A stretch of 64,000 bases of DNA from an uncultured Candidatus Sumerlaeota bacterium (GTDB lineage: Bacteria; CAYMEV01): the NCBI GenBank assembly GCA_964389675.1, contig CAYMEV010000005.1, positions 62,001 through 126,000 of the forward strand, in the 5' to 3' direction. The notes below the pieces were generated by a model. That model saw only the letters and a list, made by a program, of their open reading frames with translations. It searched no databases and was not told the DNA's origin. Shown here piece by piece: positions 19,497-29,468 of this stretch. A program made the position numbers and the translations under genes. The first letter of the stretch is position 1. Each line of letters starts with the position of its first letter.

Positions 19497-20690
19497 ATGA
19501 AAGCAGTCAGGCCTTCAGACAGGGCATCAGGTGTAAAATATGCCATAAGGGATATTGTAGTTTATGCAGATAAATTAAAAAAAGAACGAGATATAAAGAT
19601 ATTGCCTCTCAATATAGGTGACCCATGCCAGTTTGACTTTGCGCCGCCAAAACATATGATAGATGCAGTGTACGAATCCATGCTGAACAACCATAACGGA
19701 TATTCCCCGGCATATGGCATAGCAGAGGCTTTGGAGGCCCTTAAGAAGGAAGCCGCGAAAAAAGGGCTTATTGATGTAAAAGATATATTCATAACTACAG
19801 GAGCAAGTGAAGCTGTTGAAATTTCCATTACAGCTCTTTTAAATCCTGGTGACAATATTCTGATTCCTTACCCGCAGTATCCATTATATACTGCTGTTGT
19901 AAAAAAGATCGGGGCCGACTATAAGCCATATTATCTGAATGAGGATGATAAATGGCAGCCCGATATAGACAATATAATATCCCAGATTGATGCAAAAACT
20001 AAGGCAATAGTTGTAATAAACCCTAATAATCCTACAGGTAATGTATATACCAGAGAAATGCTCCTGAAAATAATTGAGGTAGCAAAGCATCATAACCTGC
20101 TTATTATTTCCGATGAAATATATGATAAAATGATATTTGAGGATATTGATTATCATTCAATAGCTTCGCTGGACGGAGAGGTTCCTGTTATTACATTCGG
20201 CGGGATTGCTAAGAATTACGTTGCTCCAGGATGGAGGATAGGCTGGGCATATCTTACGGGGGATATCGAACTTATAAGCGATTATAAGGAAACTCTTGGT
20301 AAATTGCTGAGAGCAAGGCTGTGTGCAAACCATCCTATGCAATATGCAATCAAGCCAGCCTTAAACAGCCCTGAAAGGATAATCAGAGGCGTTCTGAAAA
20401 AGCTTAAAAAGAGAAAGGAAATTACTGAAGAGTGGATAGAGAGGATCCCCAATCTTTCACTTGTTTCCCCTGAGGCTGCTTTTTATGCCTTCCCGAAAAT
20501 TGAGCTGGAAATTGATGATGATGTGTTTGCCAAAAAACTGCTTGAAAAAACCGGCGTACTGGTCGTTCCAGGATCAGGGTTTGGACAGAAGCCAGGGACT
20601 GCACATTTCAGGATTGTTTTCCTGCCTCAGGATGAACTTCTTATAAAAGCCTATGAAAAAATAGATGCATTTATAAGAAACTATTACTAA
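19497..20690 (+). CDS. PLP-dependent class I/II aminotransferase (alanine transaminase-like)
   Basis: YAIRD, LNIGDP, INPNNPTG, SDEIYD, K..PGWRIGW, VPGSGFG, HFRIVFLP. Confidence 0.9.
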   Translation: MKAVRPSDRASGVKYAIRDIVVYADKLKKERDIKILPLNIGDPCQFDFAPPKHMIDAVYESMLNNHNGYSPAYGIAEALEALKKEAAKKGLIDVKDIFITTGASEAVEISITALLNPGDNILIPYPQYPLYTAVVKKIGADYKPYYLNEDDKWQPDIDNIISQIDAKTKAIVVINPNNPTGNVYTREMLLKIIEVAKHHNLLIISDEIYDKMIFEDIDYHSIASLDGEVPVITFGGIAKNYVAPGWRIGWAYLTGDIELISDYKETLGKLLRARLCANHPMQYAIKPALNSPERIIRGVLKKLKKRKEITEEWIERIPNLSLVSPEAAFYAFPKIELEIDDDVFAKKLLEKTGVLVVPGSGFGQKPGTAHFRIVFLPQDELLIKAYEKIDAFIRNYY

Positions 20691-20729
20691 TGATATTGAA
20701 TTAAATTTAGACAAAAAAATAAAATATAC

Positions 20730-20758
20730 TTGAAATATGGCTTATTTGTTATTATTCT
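20730..20758 (+). promoter_or_regulatory. Putative sigma70 promoter of the pilin pair
   Basis: TTGAAA-17 nt-TATTCT. Confidence 0.4.
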
Positions 20759-20811
20759 TAATTATAGGAAAACCTGATGCTTTATAAAATATCATAGTAA
20801 TAAGGCAGGCA

Positions 20812-21534
20812 ATGCTTATGAGGAAAAGAAAGGCTTTTACACTGGTAGAAATCCTTATAGCCCTGGTAATATCATCACTGATAGGGCTTTCTATAATGGC
20901 GATCTATAGTATCAGCGCCCGTTCATTTGAAATAGCCCAGAGGAAACAGACAGCCATGGAAAATGCGCGAACATCGCTGGAGCAGATTTCCGAATGGATA
21001 AAATGGGGAGGATTCGAATTTGAAAGTTCCGGTTTTGCCGGAATTTATCCTTGCAGAAATTCACCTACCGATACAGCGGCAGCAGGTATCTGCGGAATGG
21101 ATTTCAGTTCAAGTTTTGGCATTATATCAGAGCTGAGCAATGTAAAAAGGCGAATAAACCTCTATTTTGTCCCGAATCCCGATACGGCTTTCCCTGATGA
21201 TGCATTACTGATGATGGAAGAAATAGACATCTCAGCACCTCCATATCCGGTATTAAATACATCAATTATCTCAGACAGAGTTATGATGCCGGGTACAAAC
21301 ATGCCTAACAGCCAAACCCCTATGACAGTCCCGAACTTCATTGAATTTTATGATATAAATTATAATCTGTTAGTGCAGGGAGATTTTCCTCTAAGCGGAA
21401 GCAATGGAGTATTGATAAAACTCTCAATTGTAGGAATAAACTGGAGTGATTTTGTTGATGAGGATGGCAATATTGCTGATTTTGTTGCTGTTCCTTATAC
21501 AGTTACAGTCTTTACAAGGAACTTTATGAAATAG
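20812..21534 (+). CDS. Type IV minor pilin/pseudopilin (PilW-like)
   Basis: Class III signal peptide RKA|FTLVEILIALVI with Glu5. Confidence 0.8.
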   Translation: MLMRKRKAFTLVEILIALVISSLIGLSIMAIYSISARSFEIAQRKQTAMENARTSLEQISEWIKWGGFEFESSGFAGIYPCRNSPTDTAAAGICGMDFSSSFGIISELSNVKRRINLYFVPNPDTAFPDDALLMMEEIDISAPPYPVLNTSIISDRVMMPGTNMPNSQTPMTVPNFIEFYDINYNLLVQGDFPLSGSNGVLIKLSIVGINWSDFVDEDGNIADFVAVPYTVTVFTRNFMK

Positions 21535-21555
21535 ACTTATAGGAGGTTACAGAAC

Positions 21556-22149
21556 ATGTATAATAGAGGTCTGACATTATTTGAGATTCTTATTGTAATA
21601 GTTATAATGGGCATAGTTGCCACCATAGGAATTTTATTCTTCGGCAGAGCGGAACCCGTCCTTAATCTTAATTCAGGTGCAGACATGCTTCTTGCTGATA
21701 TGTCACTTGCAAAGCAGAGAGCAATCTCACGATTTGACAACACTACAATGTGGGAGCTGGTATTCGCTCCCGGATCTGACCAGTATACAATAAATGCATA
21801 TGATGCAGGAGGCATAAGGAATGACCTCAGGGAGGTCAAGGTGCTTCCCGCCCAAATAACCATAGAGTTTGATGGAGGTGATTTTTCCAGCCTGAATGCA
21901 GGAGCCTGGCCCACAGAGCTTAACCTTGCAGGGATAGTCCCGAATCAGGCAGCATTTTTTAACGGCAACAACCCTATTGTCCGTTTCATGCCTGATGGAA
22001 GGGCTAGAAATGATCTTAATAATGATTTCAACACAGGTTATATAGTCATGAGAAATGACCAGGGTAATGCAAAGCTCTTTGTTATAACCGGCATGACAGC
22101 AAGAATAAAGGTCTATACACTCTTTACAGATGGCACACGTTTTGAGTAA
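21556..22149 (+). CDS. Type IV minor pilin/pseudopilin (FimT/GspH-like)
   Basis: NRG|LTLFEILIVIVIMGI; A…L..AKQRAI and F.PDG patterns. Confidence 0.8.
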   Translation: MYNRGLTLFEILIVIVIMGIVATIGILFFGRAEPVLNLNSGADMLLADMSLAKQRAISRFDNTTMWELVFAPGSDQYTINAYDAGGIRNDLREVKVLPAQITIEFDGGDFSSLNAGAWPTELNLAGIVPNQAAFFNGNNPIVRFMPDGRARNDLNNDFNTGYIVMRNDQGNAKLFVITGMTARIKVYTLFTDGTRFE

Positions 22150-22208
22150 CGACTGAATAAAAAGCTCTATCGGAATTAAAATTAATACCTTTAATCATAT
22201 TATACCTG

Positions 22209-22236
22209 TTTACAAAAATCATTAAACCGATATAAT
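22209..22236 (+). promoter_or_regulatory. Putative sigma70 promoter upstream of the response regulator-prfB-envelope gene run
   Basis: TTTACA-16 nt-TATAAT; AGGAAGG SD upstream of ATG 22267. Confidence 0.5.
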
Positions 22237-22266
22237 AACAAAAAATCTTTACAGGAAGGTTTCATA

Positions 22267-22818
22267 ATGGATAATTCTTTTACCAATGACTCTGCCAGTA
22301 TTTGTACTTGCGGATTCGGAGAATTCCAGTTTGTTGAGATTGACGGGAAATTTTATTGTGCCATATGCGGGGGAGAGGTAAAGGACTTAAGCAAGACCGT
22401 CCATTCTGAATCAAAGGAAAACCTTAGACGCAAAAATATCCTTATCATTGATGACCAGTCCTTCTTTCTGAAGAGCATCCAGGATATACTTGAAAATGAA
22501 TTCAGCTGCAAAGTTATTGGAGTAAATAACGGGATTGATGCTCTCCCTTTCATAGCAAAAGATCTAAGGGGTGAATCCGGTTTAGACCTTATAATACTTG
22601 ACCTGGAACTGCCCGAGATCAGCGGGCTTACAATGCTTAAAGTCATTAGACAGCTGAAAAAGGATATACCTGTTTTAATACTTACAACTACACCGCCAAT
22701 AGATAGTTTAATAAATGATCTGAAAAAATATAAAGCAAACAGGTACCTGTGGAAATCCACCGCAAAGCTGGGTTCTCTTCTCATAAGCAATGTCAGGAAG
22801 CTTCTGGAGGATTTTTAA
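22267..22818 (+). CDS. Receiver-domain protein with N-terminal Zn-ribbon-like segment
   Basis: CTCG…CAICG, then ILIIDD, LDLELP (phospho-acceptor Asp), LTT, K. Confidence 0.8.
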   Translation: MDNSFTNDSASICTCGFGEFQFVEIDGKFYCAICGGEVKDLSKTVHSESKENLRRKNILIIDDQSFFLKSIQDILENEFSCKVIGVNNGIDALPFIAKDLRGESGLDLIILDLELPEISGLTMLKVIRQLKKDIPVLILTTTPPIDSLINDLKKYKANRYLWKSTAKLGSLLISNVRKLLEDF

Positions 22819-22820
22819 TA

Positions 22821-23925
22821 ATGGATATATCCTCAATCCGGTATGATTATAGCAATATAAAAGATAGAATTAAACTGCTCGGAGGCTATCTTTGACCTTT
22901 CAAAAAAAGAACAGGAATTAAAAGATATAAATAAAAGACTTCAAGATCAGGACATATGGAAGGATACATCAAAGACAAAAAATCTTCTAAAAAGCAAGCA
23001 GAGCATAGAAGGCTTTCTAAGCAAATGGTCGGAAATCAAAAGGCTTCAATCTGACATAGATGATTATCTCGTTATATATGACAATGACCAGGATGAATCA
23101 TATATCCCGACCATCGAGAAAGAGATCAGGCTCCTGGAGAAGACAGTCAAAACATTCTCAATGATAATCCAGTTTAATGATGATACAGATGATTTCCCGG
23201 CATTTCTGGAGATTCACCCCGGAGCCGGCGGTACTGAATCTCAGGACTGGGCAGACATGCTTTTGAGAATGTACACGCGGTGGGCAGAAAAAAGCAGGTA
23301 TCATTCAGAAATAATTGATTTGCAGGATGGGGAAGAGGCAGGCATCAAAAGGGTCATAATCCGAATTGATGGAGAATATGCCTATGGCAAGCTGAAATGC
23401 GAAAGAGGTATTCACCGGTTAGTAAGGATATCACCTTTCGATGCTAATAAAAGGAGGCATACTTCATTTGCATCTGTCGATGTTTTTCCGGATATTGAAG
23501 ACAATATTGAAATCGAGATCGAGGATAAGGATCTCAGGATTGACACCTACAGAGCAAGCGGCGCAGGCGGTCAGCATATAAATGTAACCGACTCTGCTGT
23601 AAGGATTACTCATCTGCCAACAAATATTGTTGTGACATGCCAGAATGAAAGATCACAGCACCGAAACAGGGATTCTGCCATGAAAATACTGAGAGCAAGG
23701 CTCTATGCATTTTATAAGGAACAGAAAGAGGCAGAAATGGAAAAGATGAAGGGAGAGAAGAAGGAGATATCCTGGGGAAATCAGATAAGATCATATACCC
23801 TTGCGCCATATCAGCTCATAAAAGACCATCGGACAGGTTTTGAATCAGGCAATGTACAAAAGATACTGGACGGGGATATTGATGATTTTATAGAAGCATG
23901 CCTGCTTAATAACCTTAATGCATAA
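22821..23925 (+). CDS. prfB: Peptide chain release factor 2, with +1 programmed frameshift
   Basis: ATG 22821 reads 24 codons to CTT TGA; +1 frame from 22894 is in frame with ORF 23161..23925 containing SPF and GGQ. Confidence 0.97.
22881..22896 (+). other. prfB programmed +1 frameshift site
   Basis: GGAGGC TAT CTT TGA C: internal SD followed by the canonical slippery CTT-TGA-C. Confidence 0.96.
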
Positions 23926-23928
23926 TAT

Positions 23929-25161
23929 ATGGGACTGAAGAGCTTCTTATTAAATAAATACCTTATTGACTGGAATGATAAGTCTTCAAAAATCAAGGTA
24001 ATAGTAACTGTATTGTCCTCAATTATCTCTACTATGGCTATTATACTAGTTATTGGTTCTATTAATGGATTTCAGCACATAATCAAGGATAAGGTCCATA
24101 ATTTCTATCCCGAATTAGGCATCTCAAATTACAATATGCCTGTTCAGGATTATGAAAATACAATGAAGAATCTCAAAAAGCTTGATTATATAAGGCATGC
24201 AGAACCAACAATATACAGTGAGCTGATCATCGCAAGCTTTAATAATGACAGTTCCCCAAAAAGCCTTTCAGGATGCATGTTCAGGGCAGTGGATGAGAAA
24301 GAGATCGAGGATGCCTTCAGGACACTCCGGGAAAGAGGGTTCCGCTTACGAAAATATTCAGGTTCAATTTCGGGCAGGCTTCCTGTTTTTCTGGGTTCGG
24401 AGCTTGCTAAAAAGCTTATGATCAATCTGGGAGACAGCATCAGCCTTTATATCCCTTTTTTCAGGACTACAGTGGTCGGAACCACTCATAAAGCCCAGGA
24501 AGCGTATCTGGCAGGTATCATCGACACAGGCCTTTTCAGGTACAATGAAATGGCAGGGTTCATGCTGATTGGAGATATGCAGGAGCTTCTCGAGCTAAAA
24601 AATGAGATACTGGCTATAGATATTTATCTGAAAAAAAATGCCGATACAGATGCTGCAAAGAATCAGATAAAGGTTTTGACAGATGCCCATGTAAGAGATT
24701 TCACATTTATAAGCCATGGAATAACGGGGTTCTACAGGCTCATAAAAAAGGGATTGTATTTCCTTTTATTCATAATAATGGGAGTCGGCCTTTTTAATAT
24801 CATCAGCATGATTGTACTGATGATACTTGAAAAACTTAAGGAATTCAGCGTCTTAAATGTATTAGGCATGCCTCTGAAATCCATAGCTTTCCTTGTATGT
24901 TCAAAGGGTTTTTTAATAGGCGTATTCAGTTCATTTGCTGGCCTTCTGCTGTCGATATTCATAGCATATGCGGAAAACAGGCTTCAGATTATCCGAATTG
25001 AACAATCCGTCTATGATATAGATTACCTGCCTGTTTATATTGAATTTTATGAGACCGCATTAATAATGGCCATAATTATATTATTAAACACCCTGATCCC
25101 GCTTCTGCCGGGATTGCGCATCCTGAAGCTGCATCCATCAGAGATACTGAGGTATGAATAA
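23929..25161 (+). CDS. Lipoprotein-releasing ABC transporter permease (LolC/E family)
   Basis: NGF after TM1, MacB/FtsX layout, Y.IDYLP, PSEILRYE C-terminus. Confidence 0.85.
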   Translation: MGLKSFLLNKYLIDWNDKSSKIKVIVTVLSSIISTMAIILVIGSINGFQHIIKDKVHNFYPELGISNYNMPVQDYENTMKNLKKLDYIRHAEPTIYSELIIASFNNDSSPKSLSGCMFRAVDEKEIEDAFRTLRERGFRLRKYSGSISGRLPVFLGSELAKKLMINLGDSISLYIPFFRTTVVGTTHKAQEAYLAGIIDTGLFRYNEMAGFMLIGDMQELLELKNEILAIDIYLKKNADTDAAKNQIKVLTDAHVRDFTFISHGITGFYRLIKKGLYFLLFIIMGVGLFNIISMIVLMILEKLKEFSVLNVLGMPLKSIAFLVCSKGFLIGVFSSFAGLLLSIFIAYAENRLQIIRIEQSVYDIDYLPVYIEFYETALIMAIIILLNTLIPLLPGLRILKLHPSEILRYE

Positions 25162-26329
25162 AATGTCCTGGGAACTCTTCATTGCTTTCAGATACCTGAA
25201 ATTCAATAAAAGGCATATATACCTTAATATCTGTAATCTCCTTGCAGGCCTGGGAATATTTCTCGGGGTCCTTTCTTTAGTACTTGTAATATCCATGATG
25301 AATGGACTGGAAGGAAATATAAGAGATGTTCTATTCTCATATCAGCCTGATATAACGGTTTCCAGGGGATCTCTCCCAATAAGCGCCGATACATTCTCAG
25401 GGATAAAGTCTGCCAATGCAGATTATAAATACTACAAGGTCTATAAGCTTCCACTGATCGCAAAAAGCAATATGACATACAAGGGCATTGAATTATGCTC
25501 TGTTGACAGTGATTATATCAGAAATATTCTGGGCTTAAAACAGAAGAGGGAAGAATTTCTGTTTTTAGGGAGATTATTATCAATGGAACTCCAGATAAAG
25601 AAGGGAGATACACTGGAGCTTCTTATGCCTTTTGCAAAAAACCTGAATGCCGTACCGGTTAAGATAACTGATACATTTGAAAGCAGGCTTGTGGATATTG
25701 ATATGAATAATATTTATATTGAAAGAAAAATGTTCCTGTCTTTATTCGACATTGGATCAGAACTGAATGAAATCCATATTGACGATATTCCTTCCAGAAG
25801 AGAAATAAACAGACTCAAAGATCAGCTGAATCAGAAACTCGGGGAAAATTACACAGTATCTACGATATTTGAAAAGAATCATGAGCTTTTTTCTGCCATG
25901 AAACTGGAAAGAATCGCAATGATTATAATGCTTTCAATAATTATTCTGCTCGGATGCTTTAATATAATATCATCCCTGCTGATGCTGGTGACAGAAAAAA
26001 TCCAGGATATAGGGATTTTGAGGGCTGTTGGCGGAAGAAACGGAAGCATAATGAGAATATTTGCATTCCAGGGGGTTTTCATAGGATTACTATCAACTGC
26101 TTCAGGCCTTGCTTCCGGGATTGTCCTGAGTATATTATTTGACAAATACAGGCTTATATCAGCATCCTCACAGGGCCTTTACCTGGATTATATACCATTT
26201 AGAGTCGATTTTCCAAGTATCCTCATCATCTTTATTTTATCTCTTGCAATAAATCTAATATCAACATATATTCCAACGAAAAATATTTCAGATATTAATA
26301 TTATAAAGGCTTTATATTATGGAAAATAG
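25154..26329 (+). CDS. Lipoprotein-releasing ABC transporter permease (LolC/E family)
   Basis: ELFIAFRYL, SMMNG, FNIISSL.M.V.EK..DIGILRA.G. Confidence 0.9.
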   Translation: MNKMSWELFIAFRYLKFNKRHIYLNICNLLAGLGIFLGVLSLVLVISMMNGLEGNIRDVLFSYQPDITVSRGSLPISADTFSGIKSANADYKYYKVYKLPLIAKSNMTYKGIELCSVDSDYIRNILGLKQKREEFLFLGRLLSMELQIKKGDTLELLMPFAKNLNAVPVKITDTFESRLVDIDMNNIYIERKMFLSLFDIGSELNEIHIDDIPSRREINRLKDQLNQKLGENYTVSTIFEKNHELFSAMKLERIAMIIMLSIIILLGCFNIISSLLMLVTEKIQDIGILRAVGGRNGSIMRIFAFQGVFIGLLSTASGLASGIVLSILFDKYRLISASSQGLYLDYIPFRVDFPSILIIFILSLAINLISTYIPTKNISDINIIKALYYGK

Positions 26330-27017
26330 CACTTTGATTCAGCTTGATAATATCAGCAAAAACTATATTGTTGGAAGCTCTGAAATAGAAGTTCTCAAAG
26401 GGCTTGACCTTAAGCTTCTTAAAGGACAAAGCATAGCGATTACCGGTGAATCAGGTGTCGGGAAAAGTACTCTGCTGAATATAATAGGGACCATTGACAA
26501 GCCGGATTCGGGAAAATATACCTTCCTTGACAATGACGTCTTATCGCTGAAGGATGAAAATTTAGCATCTTTCAGGAACAAAAATATTGGTTTTGTGTTT
26601 CAAGCAATGTATCTTTTGCAGGAGTTTACAGCTCTGGAAAATGTAATTATACCTGCATTGATTTCAAATGTGAGAAAAAGCGAAGCTGAAGAAATGGCAT
26701 TAAAAATATTGAGTGATTTTGGACTGGAGAACAGGAAAAACCATAAGCCATCACAGCTGTCAGGCGGTGAAAGACAGAGGATTGCAATAGCCAGGGCCTT
26801 GATGAACAAACCGCTTTTAATACTTGCAGACGAGCCAACCGGGAATCTTGATGAAAAAAATGCCAGTACGGTACTGGAAATACTATTAAAATTAAACAGG
26901 TCTTACAATCTTGCCCTTATCCTGGTAACACATAATAATCATCTTGCTAAAATGATGGATATAGTGTATAGGTTGGACAATAGACAATTAAAGAGGTTAT
27001 CCCAGGATTATGTTTGA
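26319..27017 (+). CDS. lolD: Lipoprotein-releasing ABC transporter ATP-binding protein
   Basis: GESGVGKST, LSGGERQR, LADEPTGNLD, VTH; follows lolC/E genes. Confidence 0.92.
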   Translation: MENSTLIQLDNISKNYIVGSSEIEVLKGLDLKLLKGQSIAITGESGVGKSTLLNIIGTIDKPDSGKYTFLDNDVLSLKDENLASFRNKNIGFVFQAMYLLQEFTALENVIIPALISNVRKSEAEEMALKILSDFGLENRKNHKPSQLSGGERQRIAIARALMNKPLLILADEPTGNLDEKNASTVLEILLKLNRSYNLALILVTHNNHLAKMMDIVYRLDNRQLKRLSQDYV

Positions 27018-29454
27018 AAATTATTCCGAAGAGGCAAAAAAAATAATACAGCTTTCAAGACAGGAGGCAGCAAAATCCCACAGCGTAAGCATACATATAG
27101 AGCATCTTTTTCTGGCAATGATTCAGCTTAAATCCTGTACGGCATACAGGATTTTATCAAGACATATAAAAGATCCGGAGGATCTCTATGATGCTCTTTA
27201 TGCAAGGATCAAAGACAGAGAAGTGGATTATTTCTCAAATAAGATATCCTTTTCAGAGGTTGTCAGAAAGGTATTGAAAAAGGCTTCAACTGAAGCTTAC
27301 AGGAATCAAAGCCAGTATGTGGGAAGCGAGCACCTTCTCCTTGCACTCCTTCTTGAAGGAGATGAATCCCTTAACAGACTCCTTATAAACTATGGAGTAA
27401 ATTATTATACATTAAAGGACGAGCTGGGCGGAAAAGCAGGTTCACATCCTGAATCAAGAAAATCTGCATCTTCACAGTTTCTTGAAGAGTTCGGTGTTGA
27501 CCTGAATGATATGGCAATGCAGGAGAGGCTTGACCCTCTTATTGGCAGGGAAGATGAGCTTGACAGGATAATTCAGATACTCTGCAGAAGGACCAAAAAC
27601 AATCCGATACTTGTCGGGGAGCCCGGCGTTGGCAAAACTGCAATCGTTGAAGGGCTTGCTCAAAGGATAGTTAACAGAAAAGTACCTGAAATATTAAGAG
27701 ATTTTAGAATATTCAGCCTTGATATCGGTTCTCTTGTGGCCGGGACAAAATACAGAGGCCAATTCGAGGACAGAATGAAAAAGCTCATCAAGGAGGTCAG
27801 AAAGAGTGAGAACATAATAATATTTATTGATGAGATACATTCTATCATAGGAGCAGGCGCCGCTGAAGGGAGCCTTGACGCCAGCTCGCTGCTTAAGCCG
27901 GCGCTGGCCAGGGGAGAATTTCAGTGTATTGGTGCAACCACAACCGAAGAATACAGAAGGTATATAGAAAAGGACGGCACACTTGACAGAAGATTCCAGG
28001 AAATCAGGATAAACCCTCCATCAAAAAGCCTCACTGTAAATATACTAAAAGGTATCCGAAGCAAATATGAGGATTTTCATAAAGTACAGATAAATGATGA
28101 AGCAATTGAAAAAGCTGTTGACCTTTCGGACAGGTATATCATGTACAGAAACCTGCCTGACAAGGCTATAGACATTTTGGATGAAGCCTGTGCAAGAGTC
28201 AGGCTGCATTATTCAGAATTTCCTGATAACAAGCAGGGATATGAATCCCTTATGGCTCTTTATAATAAAAATATGGATGATTCAATAGGGAAAAATGATT
28301 ATGAGAATGCTTCAAAATGGTCTGACAATATAAAGAGGCTGACCAGGTTTTATAATCAGGTAGTTTCAGGAGAGAAAGATTATTATCATAACCCGGTAAT
28401 AACGGGTGAGGATATAGAATACATTGTTTCCAAAGTATCCGGTATCCCTGTATATAAAATTGAAGAATCAGAGATTGACAAACTCCTGAATATGGAGGCT
28501 GAAATACACAGGTATATTGTTGGACAGGATATAGCAGTAAAAAGGGTTTCTGATACTGTAAGAAGGTCAAGAAGCGGAATTAACTACGGAAACCGCCCTA
28601 TAGGGAGCTTTATGTTCCTTGGGCCGACCGGAGTGGGAAAGACAGAGCTTGCAAAGGTACTTGCAGAATTCCTTTTTGGAAACAAGGAAGCCCTGTTAAG
28701 GATAGATATGTCAGAATATATGGAAAAATTCTCAGTTTCAAGGTTAATAGGCTCGCCTCCGGGATATGTAGGATATGAGGACGGAGGCCAGCTGACAAAC
28801 AAGGTCAAAAGAAAGCCATACTGTGTTATCCTGCTTGATGAGATCGAGAAAGCCCATCCGGATGTCTTCAACATACTGCTTCAGATTTTTGAAGAAGGTG
28901 AACTTACCGACAGCCTTGGAAACAAGGTCAGCTTCAAGAATACAATAATCATACTGACCTCAAATATCGGGGCAAATAAGATTTCAAAAAGCGTGCCCCT
29001 CGGATTTGCAAAAGGGCAGGGAGAAAAGCTTAACTTTAAGGAAATAGAGAATATGGTAATGTCCGAGGTCAAGAATAATTTTAATCCTGAATTCATAAAC
29101 AGGCTGGACGATATAATAGTATTTCATCCTCTCACCCTGGATCATATCATGAAAATTCTGGATATACAGCAAAGCTATATAAACAGCAATTTAAAAGCCA
29201 TGAACATATCTATTTCTATAACAAAAGAGGCAAAAACATGGTTTTCCAAAAAGGGATACAGCAATAATTACGGAGCAAGGCCGCTTCGAAGGATAATACA
29301 GAAAGAGATAGAGGACAGGCTGGCAACAATGTTTTTGAAAAAGGAGATAAACAGCGGTGACAGGATTATAATATCAGAGAAGGAAAACAAGATAAGCCTG
29401 AGCATAATGCCTCAGGATGTAGATAATTTAATTGAAACGTCAATATTAACATAA
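27010..29454 (+). CDS. clpC: ATP-dependent Clp protease ATP-binding subunit
   Basis: Clp-N repeats, GEPGVGKT and GPTGVGKT Walker A motifs, UVR-like middle region, LGF loop, GARPLRR. Confidence 0.93.
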   Translation: MFENYSEEAKKIIQLSRQEAAKSHSVSIHIEHLFLAMIQLKSCTAYRILSRHIKDPEDLYDALYARIKDREVDYFSNKISFSEVVRKVLKKASTEAYRNQSQYVGSEHLLLALLLEGDESLNRLLINYGVNYYTLKDELGGKAGSHPESRKSASSQFLEEFGVDLNDMAMQERLDPLIGREDELDRIIQILCRRTKNNPILVGEPGVGKTAIVEGLAQRIVNRKVPEILRDFRIFSLDIGSLVAGTKYRGQFEDRMKKLIKEVRKSENIIIFIDEIHSIIGAGAAEGSLDASSLLKPALARGEFQCIGATTTEEYRRYIEKDGTLDRRFQEIRINPPSKSLTVNILKGIRSKYEDFHKVQINDEAIEKAVDLSDRYIMYRNLPDKAIDILDEACARVRLHYSEFPDNKQGYESLMALYNKNMDDSIGKNDYENASKWSDNIKRLTRFYNQVVSGEKDYYHNPVITGEDIEYIVSKVSGIPVYKIEESEIDKLLNMEAEIHRYIVGQDIAVKRVSDTVRRSRSGINYGNRPIGSFMFLGPTGVGKTELAKVLAEFLFGNKEALLRIDMSEYMEKFSVSRLIGSPPGYVGYEDGGQLTNKVKRKPYCVILLDEIEKAHPDVFNILLQIFEEGELTDSLGNKVSFKNTIIILTSNIGANKISKSVPLGFAKGQGEKLNFKEIENMVMSEVKNNFNPEFINRLDDIIVFHPLTLDHIMKILDIQQSYINSNLKAMNISISITKEAKTWFSKKGYSNNYGARPLRRIIQKEIEDRLATMFLKKEINSGDRIIISEKENKISLSIMPQDVDNLIETSILT

Positions 29455-29468
29455 CAGGATAAAATATT

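Noticed and set aside
20738..20755. TGGC upstream of the pilin genes as a sigma54 promoter
   Set aside because: No GC at the -12 position (GG-N10-AT).
23161..23925. 254-aa ORF as a truncated RF2 or pseudogene
   Set aside because: Explained by the programmed frameshift; the gene starts at 22821.
27010..29454. clpC between lolD and bamA as a novel arrangement
   Set aside because: I recall this order from other diderm lineages, and the protein looks ordinary.
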